From the NCBI GenBank assembly GCA_046563655.1, contig CM102286.1, positions 11,532,001-11,596,000 of the forward strand: a DNA stretch of 64,000 nt, read 5' to 3'. This DNA is from Yuukianura sp. NJ FZ-2021 (Eukaryota). The position numbers and the translations under genes were made by a program. Under the pieces are notes generated by a model that made no database searches, was not told where the DNA came from, and saw only the letters and a list, made by a program, of their open reading frames with translations. Of the stretch, positions 13,901 to 26,989 are shown in pieces (the stretch's first letter is position 1; each line of letters begins with the position of its first letter).

Positions 13901-16472
13901 AGTGAAAGTGGTTGGACTGATCAAATCAGTAGGAGTACCGATACTTGCATCAACGGCTTCGTCGTATTGTTTCAAACAAGTCTCAGAAGTAGTGATAGGA
14001 ATGAGATAAGGCTCTTCGCGACTACAATAGCCGACTTGCAGGGTAGTCCAAAACCATTCTTCTTTGACCACTTTTACTTTTTCACGGTGGAACTGAATCG
14101 GCGTACTCACTGAAGCCGGAGTAAGAGTAGCTTGATTCCCGGGAACCTAAAATCGAAAATTCACAAATTAGGTGATGCTTTTTGGAAACTGAAGTTTAGA
14201 GAGGTTTAAAGTTGCTCACAGGAAATTCCACACGAGGTCGCTTAGGATTGTTCTGCATGTCTGTCGGTACTTCAGGTTGTGACGATTCGACTTGATCTTG
14301 GTGAAAATTTTCTCGCATATCATCCCGCAGCTTAACCCAATTCGATTCTGTGTGGACCACCTGAAACAAAAAAAAATTAACGTAAAAAAAAGACGCGCTA
14401 CTTTCCTAGGAACCACACTGTAAATGTTAGACTTTTTCGCACGTCGAGTACCGACAGGAAGAAATTTGCGATACACGTTAAGAAACAAGCGTGGCTTGCA
14501 GAATTTTGTTTTATTGCCTAAATACAACTACTAGGGGGGGGAAATCCAAGTGTGATCTCGTTGTCCCGCATACATCGGCACTTTTCGCACATCTCCGCTC
14601 ACCCATTCCCAAAATATTTTTTAAACGCAAAACCTTAATTTAAAAAGCTTATTAGTTATTATTTATTTACTTATGTCAAACTGATGTAAGAATATTGTAA
14701 AGCAAAATGGCGCTCGCTGCACAGCTACGCTCCTATTATTAACAAGAATATATTAACAAGAGGTCAAAATTTGGGAAAAAAATTCAAAATTTCACACTTT
14801 TAAAATTTTGAAAAAAAATCGCAATTTTGAAAAAAGTTCGAAATTTTGAAAAAAGTTCGTAATTTTGAAAACAGAAAACAATTTGGACAACCTAGGGAAG
14901 GAAAGCCGCTTTATTGAAAAACGTCGAATTTTATTTTTGCGGAGCTTTTTTTCTGCTTGCCACCATAATTCCTCATTTCCAGCCTGCCACTTTTAGCTTG
15001 AGGGACAATAGCAGTACCCATTTTGCTTTTCAATGTCACTAAATCAAGCTAATGAAGGTGCTTAATTTAAATTTCAAATGAAATATGTTCAAAAATACTT
15101 ACAATAATTAATTAATTGATATACAAAAATGAACTAATGAGAAAACCTAGAGGTTCCGGATGATGGTTATAGCTTAATTTTTACTTGAGCGGAAAGGCGT
15201 AAAAAGTGCCGACATGAGCCAAACACCTGATATTTTCACGGGACAACGAGATCACACTTGGATTTCCCCCCCTAGTAGCCAAGCCATTCATTGACCTTAA
15301 CGAGATTGCGCAGAGATTTGACTGGTGTGTTAAAACTTACAATATGGGTTGCTTGGGGGTCATCAGGTTCAACAACAGCACCATCCCTGGATATTACATG
15401 TGTAGTCAATTTGGATTTTAAGTCGTCGTCAAATCCTTCAAACCCAATTTTCAGTGAATAAAATGCTTTGCATGTCCAGGATTCCTGCGAGAAAGAAACA
15501 TTATGTCGTAAATACTTTTTCTTCAAAGAGAGTCAGCCTTATATGTATAACTTTGGAAAAAAAAACGTGCGAAATTGGAAAAGACCAAGACCAATCGAAG
15601 AGAAAAGCATGCCGTACCTAAAAGCATAATAATAAAGTCTTTACCATGTCAGATTCCCAATCCAACTGTGGGCAGTCACGTCGATTCCATAGATGATTTA
15701 TCCAATTAGGGTTCATAACTGGGACAGCAATTGCGCAAGCATCACGATATCTTTCTCCGCCGACTTTCTCAACAACCAAAAAGTCCACTTTTACTGCCTT
15801 CTCGAGAAATTGTCCTCCGAGATAAAGAATTTTCCGTCGCATCTCCACCTAAACAGTCAGACAAACGTTTAGCATGCTAGTACTAAAGATGAAAAGAAAC
15901 TGAACAATTGAAAATCGAACATAAGACAAAGGTATATGTACAATAATAAGAATCTTACCATCTTTTCCTTTGAGCGCATCCCAGTTATACTAAATGTTTT
16001 ATTCCCAAAACAAGTCGAATAAACCGGGTAACCAGAATCAGAGGGAAACTGTTCACATCCTCCCGTACGAAATGAAGCCAAAACAGCAGGCACTCCCAAG
16101 ATTACGACTTTAGGGTTATGTTGTGCACGTTTTCGGAGATGTTCGAAAATCGGTCCGTCGAATTCTTTGAAAATATAAATTGAGGGAATATCTGAATCAA
16201 ATGCAAATGCGCTTTCGTCAGTCTGAATGGGTTGTATTGAGCGTTCCTGCAATATCAATCAATATCAATTAGGATAGGTTAATGAAATGTCAGAATCAAT
16301 CCCCCCCCCCCCCAACACATATACAACAATACAGAATAATAATAATAAATTCATCAAACAAACCCCGAAGGGTTCAAGGAATTTCAACAGCACTTGCCTT
16401 TAGTATATTTTGAAGTTCAGTATGTTCCAAAAGGCAGTTGCCCACAAGATGTACAACTTTCTGGTCCTCCAT
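10930..16472 (-). CDS. ECT2: RhoGEF ECT2/pebble (BRCT-DH-PH), multi-exon; first intron GC-AG
   Basis: BRCT segments (IYIFKEFDGPIFEHL...PVYSTCF...ITGMRSKE; VMNPNWINHLW; VVKEEWFWTTLQ), DH motifs (HLIETERNYVAIL; GKQSLTELLIRPIQRLPS; INEGKRVTE) and a VSRALSL..TP C-terminal region. Confidence 0.92.
14534..15272. mobile_element. MITE in an ECT2 intron
   Basis: ~35-bp TIR G7-8AAATCCAAGTGTGATCTCGTTGTCCCG at both ends, flanked by TA (or CTAG). Internal ~20-bp tandem repeats at 14765-14870; no ORF. Confidence 0.85.
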
Positions 16473-17229
16473 TAGTGACAAAAGGCACTTTGTTAACGAC
16501 AACACGGGTATTGGTTAGCTTCGTCCTCCCTACGTTATCACAAATTCCGATTCACAATGTTCCAAACAAACAAGATATTCAAGAAACTAAAACCGTATTA
16601 CAATTATGTGAACGATTTGTCTTCGAGGTTAATCTAAACTCAAAAAAGCAGCCAAAGGCGACAGAGATTTAGGTACAAATTAACAAATAAAAACCTCCAA
16701 AACAACCGTCCGACTATTCCTCATAAACAACACACGTTGTGACTTCCTAATCCTCTGAATCCTGTTAGCGATTTTTGAATCCTTTTGGTTTTTAATTTGA
16801 TGATAAAAAGTTACAGCAGACTTACGATTAGTTAGTGAATCAGTGTTCGTATCTTTACTATAACCGATTAGGTTCATCAAAGTTCATTTCAGTTTCGTAA
16901 AAAAAAATTAAAAACCGAATCGGAACACCTTCGGCAAACTCGCGAAGCATGTAAAATTAAGATAAAAATCTCAATTAACTCGTCAGTTTTTTACGATGAT
17001 TCTGCAATTGGTTCTAACCGCTCTCGTCGCTTTATATTTATTTTGTTGATTTACAAAAAAAAAATCGCGTTTCAGACTTTCGGAGTTCCCGTACGGTTAG
17101 CGCTGTACAGGTTGAACTAAAACTCAGAATCCGAATTTACTTTCGTCAATTCACCAACTGTTCCCGGCCCGCCAATTTTTTCAGCCGAACTAATTGCCCA
17201 ATCCTCTATCACCTACGAAACCACTGCTA

Positions 17230-17510
17230 CAGTGTAGTCATTTGTTAACAAGAAAAATCAGGTCTGACTATTTCCTTAACCCGTTTTTTTCTCTAAAACC
17301 TAACAATGGGCAGTGGAATAGTCAGCCACAATTTTTCTTATATTAGCTACTAATGACTATACGGTAATAAGGATCATTTGCTAACAAGAAAAACTGGGGT
17401 CTGACTATTCCACTGACACGTGTTTTTTCTTCCTTTGGCTCAATGAGAAAAAAAACGTGTCAGTGAAATAATCAGACCCAAGTTTTTCTTGTTATTAAAT
17501 GACCCTACGG
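17230..17510. mobile_element. Two adjacent related ~135-bp palindromic MITEs (Tc1/pogo-like ends)
   Basis: Copy 1 (17230-17364) reads TA|CAGTGTAGTCATT...AATGACTATACGG|TA. Copy 2 (~17368-17510) has the same internal IR and ends ...AATGACCCTACGG|TA. Confidence 0.65.
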
Positions 17511-17938
17511 TAGCTTTAGCTTAGCTTGTGTTAGCTAAACTACCGATTTATTGGTATTTTCCAGAAATTTTATTCTTCAAGCCTATGCCGCGGACTGCCT
17601 CAGAGGGAACCCTCATTTCTGACGTTTATGAAATTAAGATTTACTAAATAATTTTTAGAATAGAATTCAAAAGTATTTAGTCAAAAAGTAATATAATATG
17701 TACAGAACCCTCAAGCCTCGATCCATTCATCGAGAAAGAAAAAACGCCTAACTTTTTTTCTTCGTATTCGCCCTAAGTTTACCTTTGTATTACTATTATT
17801 ACATTCTATTACCAGGCCTACCTACCTATGGAGGAATATTAGTGGCAAAACTAAGTAAACTTTCCCCCGCCAATTAAATTTTCCCCAATTAAAAAATTTA
17901 ACTTTCGCCAATTTAGTAATTGGCAAAAACTTAATTGA

Positions 17939-17960
17939 TTAGGTTAGGTTAGGTTAGGTT
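17939..17960 (+). repeat. (TTAGG)4 tract just inside the left TIR
   Basis: ttaggttaggttaggttaggtt seen directly. Confidence 0.8.
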
Positions 17961-18213
17961 AAACTAAATTTCCAATTATTTCTAATTAATACTTATTACA
18001 TTTACTTTTTCATTAACTTGTACTACATTAGTTTTTGAATTTAATATTGCCCATGTATGAAGTGGGCACTGTGAGTTGCTGAATGACCTTTTGATTTACC
18101 GTTTTGTTTGAAGTCTTCCTATTTCTTATGTGGTTGTTTGATGTTAAGGCGTGAGAAGTTTAAAGTTTCAAAGTTGTTAGTTTATTTAAAAAAAGCTTAC
18201 AAACCTAAACAAG

Positions 18214-18663
18214 ATGCAGGAACCGACAAATTGTTGGAAGTGCGGGTTAAGAGGTCACATGAGGTCAAACTGCACAACAACTGTTTCGCCTTGGAGATGG
18301 GCTGAAAACCGAAGGATGGCGAAGGGTGGGTACGAATCGTTTAGGCCTCGAGAGAGAATTCTGGTGCCAGTATCCGCGAAGGAATTCCGAGTAAGTTAAT
18401 AAATACGGTATTTGATTTAACAACAGTTTTTGATTAAGTGCGGCACCGCAATTAATCCATGTGTATATTTCTAAATGTAACAGATTATCATACTGGAAAA
18501 TTTTCTCAACTATGCTGTGGACAAATACAGGACCTTTCTGCAAGTCGTTCAATTCATCGACCAGAATAAGGCTACAGCTGAAGACTCGGAGGAGTACTAC
18601 CAACGTCAGAAGTTGGCCAACGTCAGAATAAGAGCAGAACGGAATCGAAGCAGCATTAGTTGA
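18214..18663 (+). CDS. Small spliced CCHC zinc-knuckle protein (cargo); exons ~18214-18390 and 18484-18663
   Basis: CWKCGLRGHMRSNC = CX2CX4HX4C. GTAAGT donor at 18391 and CAG acceptor at 18483 give an in-frame second exon IIILENFLNYAVDKY... Confidence 0.5.
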
Positions 18664-19539
18664 ATTTTCAAAAATGGTGACGACATTTAAAGCCGGTTTA
18701 ATTAACCTTTCATTTTGCTAAAACCTATTAACTTTGCAGAGATTGCTAGGAAACTTCATATCCATGGCCGAGAAGGACAATTTTAAAAATCTCATTGAAG
18801 ATGCTGTTGAAGTCAGGTGCCTGGTATATAGAAAGTCATATCAATTTGTTTGGATGCGCTTGACGCTGCTGCAAACAATTTTTGGATTCCGGTTTCACAT
18901 CAACGGTAAGCGCAGTGTTTAATGATTTTGTAAAGGGCCCCCTAGTTTTCAACTTCGCTTTGGAGTTTTACCAAAGTCATTAGGTCGCTAACCATGTCAG
19001 CGACACTGGCTATGTCATTTTCATCGAGAATCCTTTATTAAATTAGGGAGCCCTTTTTTGTACAGTTGATCTGCTTCAGAACTCACACGTCATTCTTCTT
19101 TATTTTTAATATGTAAAACTTAGCACTTAAAAATATCTTTGTGATAATAATAAATATGAGAAATAACAAGTGTTTGAAACAATATTTAAATAATAGTTAA
19201 AATAAATCTGACAAAATGTTGCCTAGGAGCGGATGCGGGGGCGCTTATGCGCGAATACTTTTGGATGGCATTCACAGCTTTGGGAAACGGAAAGTAACGG
19301 AAACGGAAAGTAAAGAAAAGTTGGAACTTTTTCGCGTGTATGTGGCTGAAAAGTGCAGCGGGACGGTACACCACCACACCCACCCCACTGGACAACAAGT
19401 GTACTGGTGATAGGTTAAGCAATGCTTGTCAGTCTTCATTCAGTCTCTGAATAAACACCTTCAAGGTGATCTCTCTGGACAAACAGTCCTTCATACAGTT
19501 TCGTATTCGTTTATTCATCGATTAGTGTGTCAGCACAGT

Positions 19540-19758
19540 CTCCTGGGTCATAGGTCAAGAGGGCAATCTCCGGTCTGCCGCAAAAGACGTGTCTGGGATA
19601 AATCTCCCCAAAAAACATGTTCAACATGGACGAAGTTCAGTGTCAATTTGATTTGCCTGGCACCAGAACCATCGCCGAAACGGGTCAAAAGGATGTCACA
19701 TTGGTTACCAATGGCTCTGAGAAAAAAAAGTTTCATGGTAATCTTGGCCGTAGGTGGT
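19540..19758 (+). pseudogene. pogo/Tigger DDE_1 transposase remnant, N-terminal part (frameshifted)
   Basis: MFNMDEVQCQFDLPGTRTIAETGQKDVTLVTNGSEKK, then SFMVILAVG in the next frame. Matches the pogo NMDE...FD.P..RT....G...V....TG.EK..FTV.L motif. Confidence 0.7.
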
Positions 19759-21019
19759 GTAGGAGAGAATGTAACAGTGGAGAAAGCTGTCAATCAATTT
19801 TAAAGTATTGATTGGCAACTCTCTCACTGGAACACAGGAGAAGGGAATGAATTAGTTCATTCCTTTTTCGCGTGTTTCACAATCAAGAGGGAGACGACCC
19901 CAGGGTGCTTCGTTAGCACTCTTATCAGTGGGATTGGCAGAAAAGGTTACGACTTTCTGGCTATCAAGCTGTAAAAGTCAGGTCATGAGTGATCTGACGT
20001 GACTCAAAACTTTACTTAGAAACCAAGTAAATGCAAATTTTAAGACAAAGTTTATGTTTAATTATGTAAAATCTTTTCTTAGAATAAGACAAGATTAGAA
20101 ACACTTAGTTTTAGCTGACATATGTAACTTTGTGGTTACTAATTCTAATCACTGGACATGTTTATGAGTTAAGTTCATTAGGATCATGTAATTGCATGTT
20201 AGTGATTAGTTATCTTTAGGTATAAATAGAGGATCGGGAGGCCGACCTCTTGGTCAGTTGTCCAGTAGCTTGCTAAGCTCTTAAGTAAATAGTAGTAGGC
20301 ACTTGGCCAATCTTGGCCCTTTCACTTTCAAATCTCAGAATTAAAAACAGTCACTTCATTCGCATCTACTCTCAACTTTCACTTTCTTTCAACTTCTAAC
20401 GTCTGACGAGCATCTTTCTTCCGAGCCACCACCAACCGGAGCCCACAGGTCAACCGAGAGGTCAAGAGGTCAACCCAGCGGACATCTGAATCAGAGGCAG
20501 CGCCAAGGCAAGGCCAGACCTCAGGTATGTTCAAAACATATTACACCTAAGTAAGTACTCAGGTCCTCCTGCTGGGCTCTGCCCACAAATGATCAAAACG
20601 CTTTCATTTCTCTCTAACGACTTTCACCAACCAATCCAAGAACTAAAAGAAACCCCGGAAGCTGGTGCTAGACCAGCAAGGTAGATTCAAGTCCAAAAGT
20701 GGAAAGTGAGAATTAGTTTTTATTATCAAGGTCATTATTATTATTATTATTACCTAATTCTGATAGAGTCTAAATGATACAGATCTAGAAGATATAGAGA
20801 GATCCTGTTCAGTTTAGGTGATTTCTATTTAGATGAATTTGGGGGAGGTTTCAAATGCATTAGCATCCAGTGCTACAGACAGCAGTTTGCTGATCCTGAC
20901 CTTCCTTAATTAAAGGAAGGCAAAGCACTAAATTGGTGGCGTAGGTCTAATAGTATCAGAAAAGAAAACTGATAATGTAAATATATGTTTTAAAATTATT
21001 TGATCACAAGTCAAATAAC

Positions 21020-21990
21020 GTTCAAAATTTTGACCCAGACGAGGTCAAATTCAAAATTTATGAAAAACAAAGGAGGGGAGGGCACGTAATGTGATTAACA
21101 TTGTCTCGACCCCACATGACCCCAAACAAAAACAAAATTATTACGTTGACCCCTTAAAGGTCACGTAAGGTCAAATAAATAAAAATTTATTTTTACAAAA
21201 ACTTGTTGACCTTGAAAAGGTCAAATTAACAATTGAATTTATTTGACCCCTGTGAGGTCACATATGAAAAAATTTTGAAAAATCACTTTGACCTTGAAAA
21301 GGTCAAATCGCAAAAATTGACGAAATTTTGACCCAAAATAGGTCAAACTCAAAATTTATGTCAAACTAAGGAGGAGAGGGTAGCCAATGCTTTCAGCATT
21401 GTGTTGACCCCGATTGACCTCCATACAAGATTCGAGTTGGTAAAAACTCAAAACACAAAACAACAACGGACTTTTAAAAATCAAGTTTAATTCAAATTCT
21501 GAGGTGAAATTCAAATCACCTGTAAATAAGCAAATGACCTAAAACTCCAAACTCCATTTGAGGACTCAAAATGCAGGGTCCAAAATAATATGGAGGAACA
21601 TAAAGGCATTGCTAATTTAACTGACTAAACCCAGACAATTTATTAAAAATTATACAACTGGTATTAAATTACCTCTGAAATTTGTCAATAACAATTGAAT
21701 TAAGCCCATTTTCACAAATACACGTCAAAAACAAAATTATTAAATTTGACCTCTGAGATTTGCTGAAAATTGCGGGAAAATTCAAAAGTTAATTGCAAAT
21801 TCAAGTAATAATTGCCAATAAAAATTACCTCTGAGTTTTGCCAAAAGCTGAGGAAAATGAACCTCAGTTACGCAATTCCAAGTAATGTAACTAAAAATAA
21901 AAATTACCTCTGAGACTTTTAAATTTGAGATAACGTTGCCTCAAATGTAAAGTACACGTAATTTATCAAAATTATTATCACATTGCATCT
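21020..21990. repeat. Degenerate direct/tandem repeats (~100-bp pair at ~21025 and ~21325; ~78-bp period AATTACCTCTGAG units at 21665-21990)
   Basis: Repeated TTTTGACCC..AGGTCAAA.TCAAAATTTATG...AAGGAGG.GAGGG and AATTACCTCTGA motifs. Confidence 0.6.
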
Positions 21991-22348
21991 GACTGTTTAA
22001 ATCAAAACCAAAATCATGATTCGATGATGCGCCGCCATAGAATTTGCTCAAAAGGTGAGGAAAACCTCAACCGAGCAAGTTCAAACTCAAAAAACAGTCG
22101 GCAAAAAGCCAAAATTGAACTGTAGAGTAACTTGGTGTGTGTCATTGTCTTTTTGCAAAAAATAAACTTGTTTTAAACAAAAAGTTGCAAAACTGCGCGA
22201 AATCGGCTAAGTCCGCCGATTCGTCTCACCCCACAGTGTTTACTGAGGTAAACAAAAAGAATAAGCAAATTTCCAGCAGAGAATCCAAGTCTACTGCTGT
22301 TAGTCAAATTAGTGACAAGTCCACTTCAAATAAACATTCTGTAATGTA

Positions 22349-24388
22349 CAGAGTGATTTTAAAGATCCAGACATAAAAACCCACTCCAAAACCTCTTTTC
22401 ATCTCCACCTCTCCAGTCAACTCCCCTTCATCCCGCGCAAACTCGTTCCCTCCGAAAGTTTATTTCGGTTAAGAAATTAGCGCGGCAAGAAAGCCAACCG
22501 ATGCTTTTTCTTTGATTATTACTTAATAAGTCACAGCAATTGGTTTACTCTCTCATTGTTCAAGTTAAATATAAAGTTAAAGTTAAATATTGTTAAATTA
22601 GTAATTCCCTAAAGTTAAAGAGTCATCCGGAGTTGAACGGACGCACAGCACTTCATGTAAGGTAAGTGATCAGTTATTATTGTGAAAATCTTTTCATTCA
22701 GTGATTTAGGGAAGTGTCATGAGGGGACTTCTGTTGTCGAAAACTGAAATCGTTGTTTTAATGCTTGACATTTTTTGCTTTTTAGTTGAACCATGACTGT
22801 CCGTTACTCAGAAGCTCAACGCCTTTTCATCATAAATCTGCGACTTGAACATAAAGATGACAATAGTACACAGCTTATGCTAAAGTACAATTCGGATCCA
22901 ATCTCTCATAACCGACCCATGCTCCATCCAAAAGATGTCAACATCATTCTAAAGAGATTCTCGGAACTGGGGAACACAAAGGATCGTCCAAAATCGGGTA
23001 GACCAAAGACAGCAACTGACGAAAATTCGGCGACTGGAATTCTTGGTGCTTTTGCGGCGGATCCGCACATTAGCACACGACAGATTGCCCGGGATATGGG
23101 GGTTTCTCAGACGTCGGTGCTAAAGGTCAAAAATGAAAACGGTTGGAAATCATACAAAGGAAGGGTACAGCAAGTTCTGAAACCTCCTGACGGCCCAGAA
23201 GGGGCGTGGTTTGCTCGTATTTGGCTTCCAGTTTTAAATGGAATTCCTGAGTACGCAAAAAATATTGTGTTTACGGATGAAGCAGTGATAAAGTTGGACG
23301 GAACTGTAAACCGACAAAATTACCGATATTGTTCAGATACGAACCCTCACTGGAATCTGCCAGGTATGATTTAAAAACTTATGAACGACTTTGACAGAGA
23401 GTTGTGGTTTGCCTCAAATTCCCCCTCATGCCGCATTCTGGATTTTTTAAAATATGGTGGGGTATTAGTGACTAGAATTTTTTTCCTCAAAATTTTTTTT
23501 CTTTTCTGTTTTTAGTCAAAACGCAATCAGCAGCAAAAGTAAATATCTGGGTCGGGCTATTTGGAGATGAAGTTATCGGCCCATTTTACTTCAATGGAAA
23601 TATGACCGGCCAAATCTACCTCAACATGCTACAGGGTCAAATTGTTCCCGCGATTCTACAATCCGCAACTAGACAGCAAATCCCGCACGCGGATATTATT
23701 TATCAACACGACGGGGCTGGACCTCACTTCGCACGGATCGTAAGAAATTTTCTTGACCAAGTGTTTCCCAATCGTTGGGTGGGACGGGGTGGACCTTATC
23801 ATTGGCCGGCGCGGAGTCCTGATTTTTCGCCACTTGATTACTTCGCCTTTGGCCACATGAGGTCCCGTATTTTCCTGACACCAAGACCTGTCACTGCGCA
23901 AGACCTAATGGCACGAATCGATGATTTCTTTCGTAACGATGTCACTCCAGAAATATTGAGAAATGTAAGAGAAGGATTTCGTACGCGGTTACAAATGTGC
24001 CTCCAAAACCATGGAATGCATTTTGAGCACTTAGATGATGGTCTAACTACCCCTCCATAATATTTTTTTGCCACATTTTGTTGACATGAAGATGTTGAGT
24101 CACTAATCATACTTCTGATTACTAATCACTAATTAATTATAAATGTTTCAAATTATTCTATTTTAAGCTAATAAATTCAAGCTTATGTCACTTTTCAACT
24201 CTAATTAATAGTTAGTGTTCAAAATTTTGATTTTTAAGTGTTTTGGTACAACACGAAGTGGCGCATTATTAGGATGTAGAAAACTTTCCGAACGGAGGAG
24301 GGATCCGCAGGGGGAGTTGATTGGGGAGGTGGAGATGAAAAGAGGTTTTGGAGGGGGTTTTTATGTCTGGATCTTTAAAATCACTCTG
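22349..24388 (+). mobile_element. Tc1/mariner DD41D (rosa/VS-type) transposon, 2040 bp
   Basis: ~78-bp TIRs CAGAGTGATTTTAAAGATCCAGACATAAAAACCC..., with TA duplicated at 22347-48 and 24389-90. Confidence 0.93.
22793..24060 (+). CDS. DD41D transposase, 371 aa, two coding exons (22793-23363, 23516-24060)
   Basis: HTH with GRPK, FTDEA, VNIWVG..IGPFYF, YQHDGAGPH and WPARSPDFSPLD. There are 41 residues between the 2nd and 3rd Asp. A 152-bp GT-AG intron joins the two ORFs in frame. Confidence 0.9.
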
Positions 24389-24803
24389 TATTACATAATC
24401 TCTCAGATGCAAACCAACTCGTTTGATCTGACATACTTAACCAAGGGACGCATTCTCATGCAACCTTACGTAATGGTGTCAAGAAATAGGGTCGGTCACA
24501 CCCAACCATTGTTAGGTTAAGCAACATTGCATAATCATGCAAGTTCCTCCTTCTCTCCCTTTCACTTTCGTTAGTATAAAAAGACCAATGTAAAACCATC
24601 TCAACATCACAATCCATTTAACAACTGAATAAACTTGAACCACATACACAACACATTCAAATCACGGTTCCAGCTACAGGTCATTGCCTGGACATTCTGG
24701 ACATTCAAGGTCACATAGACACAGTGCTCATGCAAAAACACAAAGTGACAATGCAAGTGCAGTGACAGTGACATTGACCTCACGGCTATAAAAGAGCCTA
24801 AGG

Positions 24804-25473
24804 ATGACGAAGCAGTTGTCACTCCAGTTTCATCTTCGTCGTCTGAGGAAGAAGATTCATCTTTTCCTGCTCCAGCACAGTCAAAGGTCAACGACTCTGT
24901 TCCACCGAGAAGAACTGGACGATCTAGAAAACCCCCGGACAGATATGGAGATTGGACATACTACTGCGGACTCAGAGACTGAGGATATTCACCTTCGTCA
25001 AATTGATGAAGAGGTCACCCGTAAGTGCTCCGTTGACCTCCACAGGTCAATGAGTCATTCCCCAATCTCCACCTTCAACTTCTATTTTACTATGTACATT
25101 TCATTTCTAATATATTTTTCTTTTATTTTTTACAGGTCAGATGAGGGAACTCCAGATGTCTCAATCTGCCCGATCTCTAGCCATCTCCACTTCATCAACA
25201 ACTTCCGGATCCCCTACGATGCCATTTCTACTGGACATTTCACACGCCGAGGAAAACACAAACCGTTGCGACTGGTGTTGCAGGCGTGGTCACAACGCGA
25301 AAAGTTGCATCTTCCGTGCCCTTGACCTCCGTGCTACTTCCAAAGTCACCCACTCCGGAATACCTCCGCGACATTGCCCAAAACCCTGTTTCATCTGCAG
25401 TCAAATCGGCCACAAACAGAAGTCCTGTCCACAACGCCCCGTATTTAGAAACTCAGGAGATTTTCCCAACTAG
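24804..25473 (+). CDS. Spliced double CCHC zinc-knuckle protein (exons 24804-25020, 25136-25473; start uncertain)
   Basis: CDWCCRRGHNAKSC and CFICSQIGHKQKSC. GTAAGT donor at 25021 and polypyrimidine-TACAG acceptor at 25135 join in frame (T-R-Q-M). Confidence 0.6.
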
Positions 25474-26004
25474 TAGCATTACCTACCATATACCAAATAA
25501 AAGTTAGGGGATTTGGCAACGCGTACGGGCACTTTTAATTCATTAGATATGGAAAGTGTTTTTACGTTTTAGTTATTTTAAAAATAATTAGGAGTGAATT
25601 AAAATATTTTGAAATATAACAAAAAAACAAGCACATTTTAATTTGATTTATGGCGTTTTTACTTTTTCAAAAAAGTTGTTTGCAATTAGTTTTAATTGCA
25701 ATTAAAGTAGCGCAATTTCACTTTTTCTCAGTGGGTGGGCCAGGAGTCGAGTTGGGGTTTTTTGTTTAACCAGATTCAGGGTTGGTGAGCGTCCCGAATC
25801 ATTCCATATGCTGACCCGGTTGTTGCATGTGAGGGTACTTCCCGGCACATGAGATATTGGTACTTATGAGTCATATGTACTACCAACACCCGGGTACCCA
25901 CATACCCGGCTACCGGGCATTAGGGTATTCATGAATTATTGCAATTTTCATACCAACGTTTTCAGCAAGAGCTTTTATCATGTCGCAAGGCGTTCCCTGT
26001 GCCC

Positions 26005-26301
26005 TGGTACCCACCCGCCCGGCGGGCGGGTAGTAGGGTAGTGTCGTTTTCTCTTTGTTTTTGTTGCCAAACTCCACAAAAAACGTTTATTTCACCTACA
26101 GCAACGATTTTTAAGACCGGGTATCCCCACACCCGGTGGGCGGGTAGCAGGGTAGTGTCGTTTTCTCTTTGTTTTTGTTGACAAACTCCACAAAAAACGT
26201 TTATTTCACCTACAGCAACGATTTTTAAGACCGGGTATCCCCACACCCAGTGGGAGGGTAGCAGGGTAGTGTCGTTTTCTCTTTGTTTTTGTTGCCAAAC
26301 T
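26005..26301. repeat. 114-bp tandem repeat, ~2.6 copies
   Basis: GTGTCGTTTTCTCTTTGTTTTTGTTG recurs at 26041, 26155 and 26269, with near-identical sequence in between. Confidence 0.9.
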
Positions 26302-26319
26302 TGTTTAGTGGAGAACAAG

Positions 26320-26989
26320 TTGCACCAGTTGTACCTGAAAGCGAAAAACCAGAGAGTTGAAAACAAAATAAAAAGATTTGATGCAATTCAGCAACCCAAC
26401 GTGCCGTACATCGGAAGGGATAGTGATTTCTTCTACAGTGTCTTATTCAAGCACAAAGAGGTGTATGCTCTAATGCTGCATCCAGAAGCAAAGCCTTCCG
26501 TTGCTTTTACGTATACGTACGATGCGTTTCGTAAATTGGATGGTTTCAAGGTTTATGTGGATTGCGAGTTTGACCATGTTGGGTGCGAAGGCCTGCTGTA
26601 CTCTTCGAAGATTAAGTACTTCGTAATGGCAAAGGAGGTGTGGCTGTAAGAACCGAACTTAACAACTGAGGAAAGTAAGTACAAAAAAGTACGAATTGTA
26701 AATGCTACTGGAAATAAGTTGCGTTTCATTTGTGTACAGCTTACTTAGATAAAGTGCTAACGGCAAGGGAGGAAGTAAGAGAAATTTCTCGAAATGTGAC
26801 GAATATGGTATGCCAAGTTTTCAACAAGCCAAATTTAAATTGTCTAGTGATGGGATGTTAGTTCATATACTGTTCTAGCTAACTGAAGCGGTGAAAGTAA
26901 AAGATGAGCTGAAGCGCGTTGTAACAGCGTATTTGCAAAGAAAAATCAAGACACCGAAGCAAACGGAGACTTGGCTGGTGAAGAAATAG
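26320..26989 (+). pseudogene. Orphan spliced gene fragment with an internal stop (cargo)
   Basis: ORF to 26649 continues past TAA to a GTAAGT donor. Two further short exons follow in phase (YLDKVLTAREEVREISRNVTNM / LTEAVKVKDELKRVVTAYLQRKIK). No family recognised. Confidence 0.4.

Noticed and set aside
17939..17960. Telomere or chromosome-fusion site
   Set aside because: Only four TTAGG units, located inside a TIR element.
26005..26301. CRISPR-like array or repeat protein ORF (25962-26366)
   Set aside because: Units are near-identical along their full 114 bp with no unique spacers, and the context is eukaryotic. The ORF is a by-product of a unit length divisible by 3.
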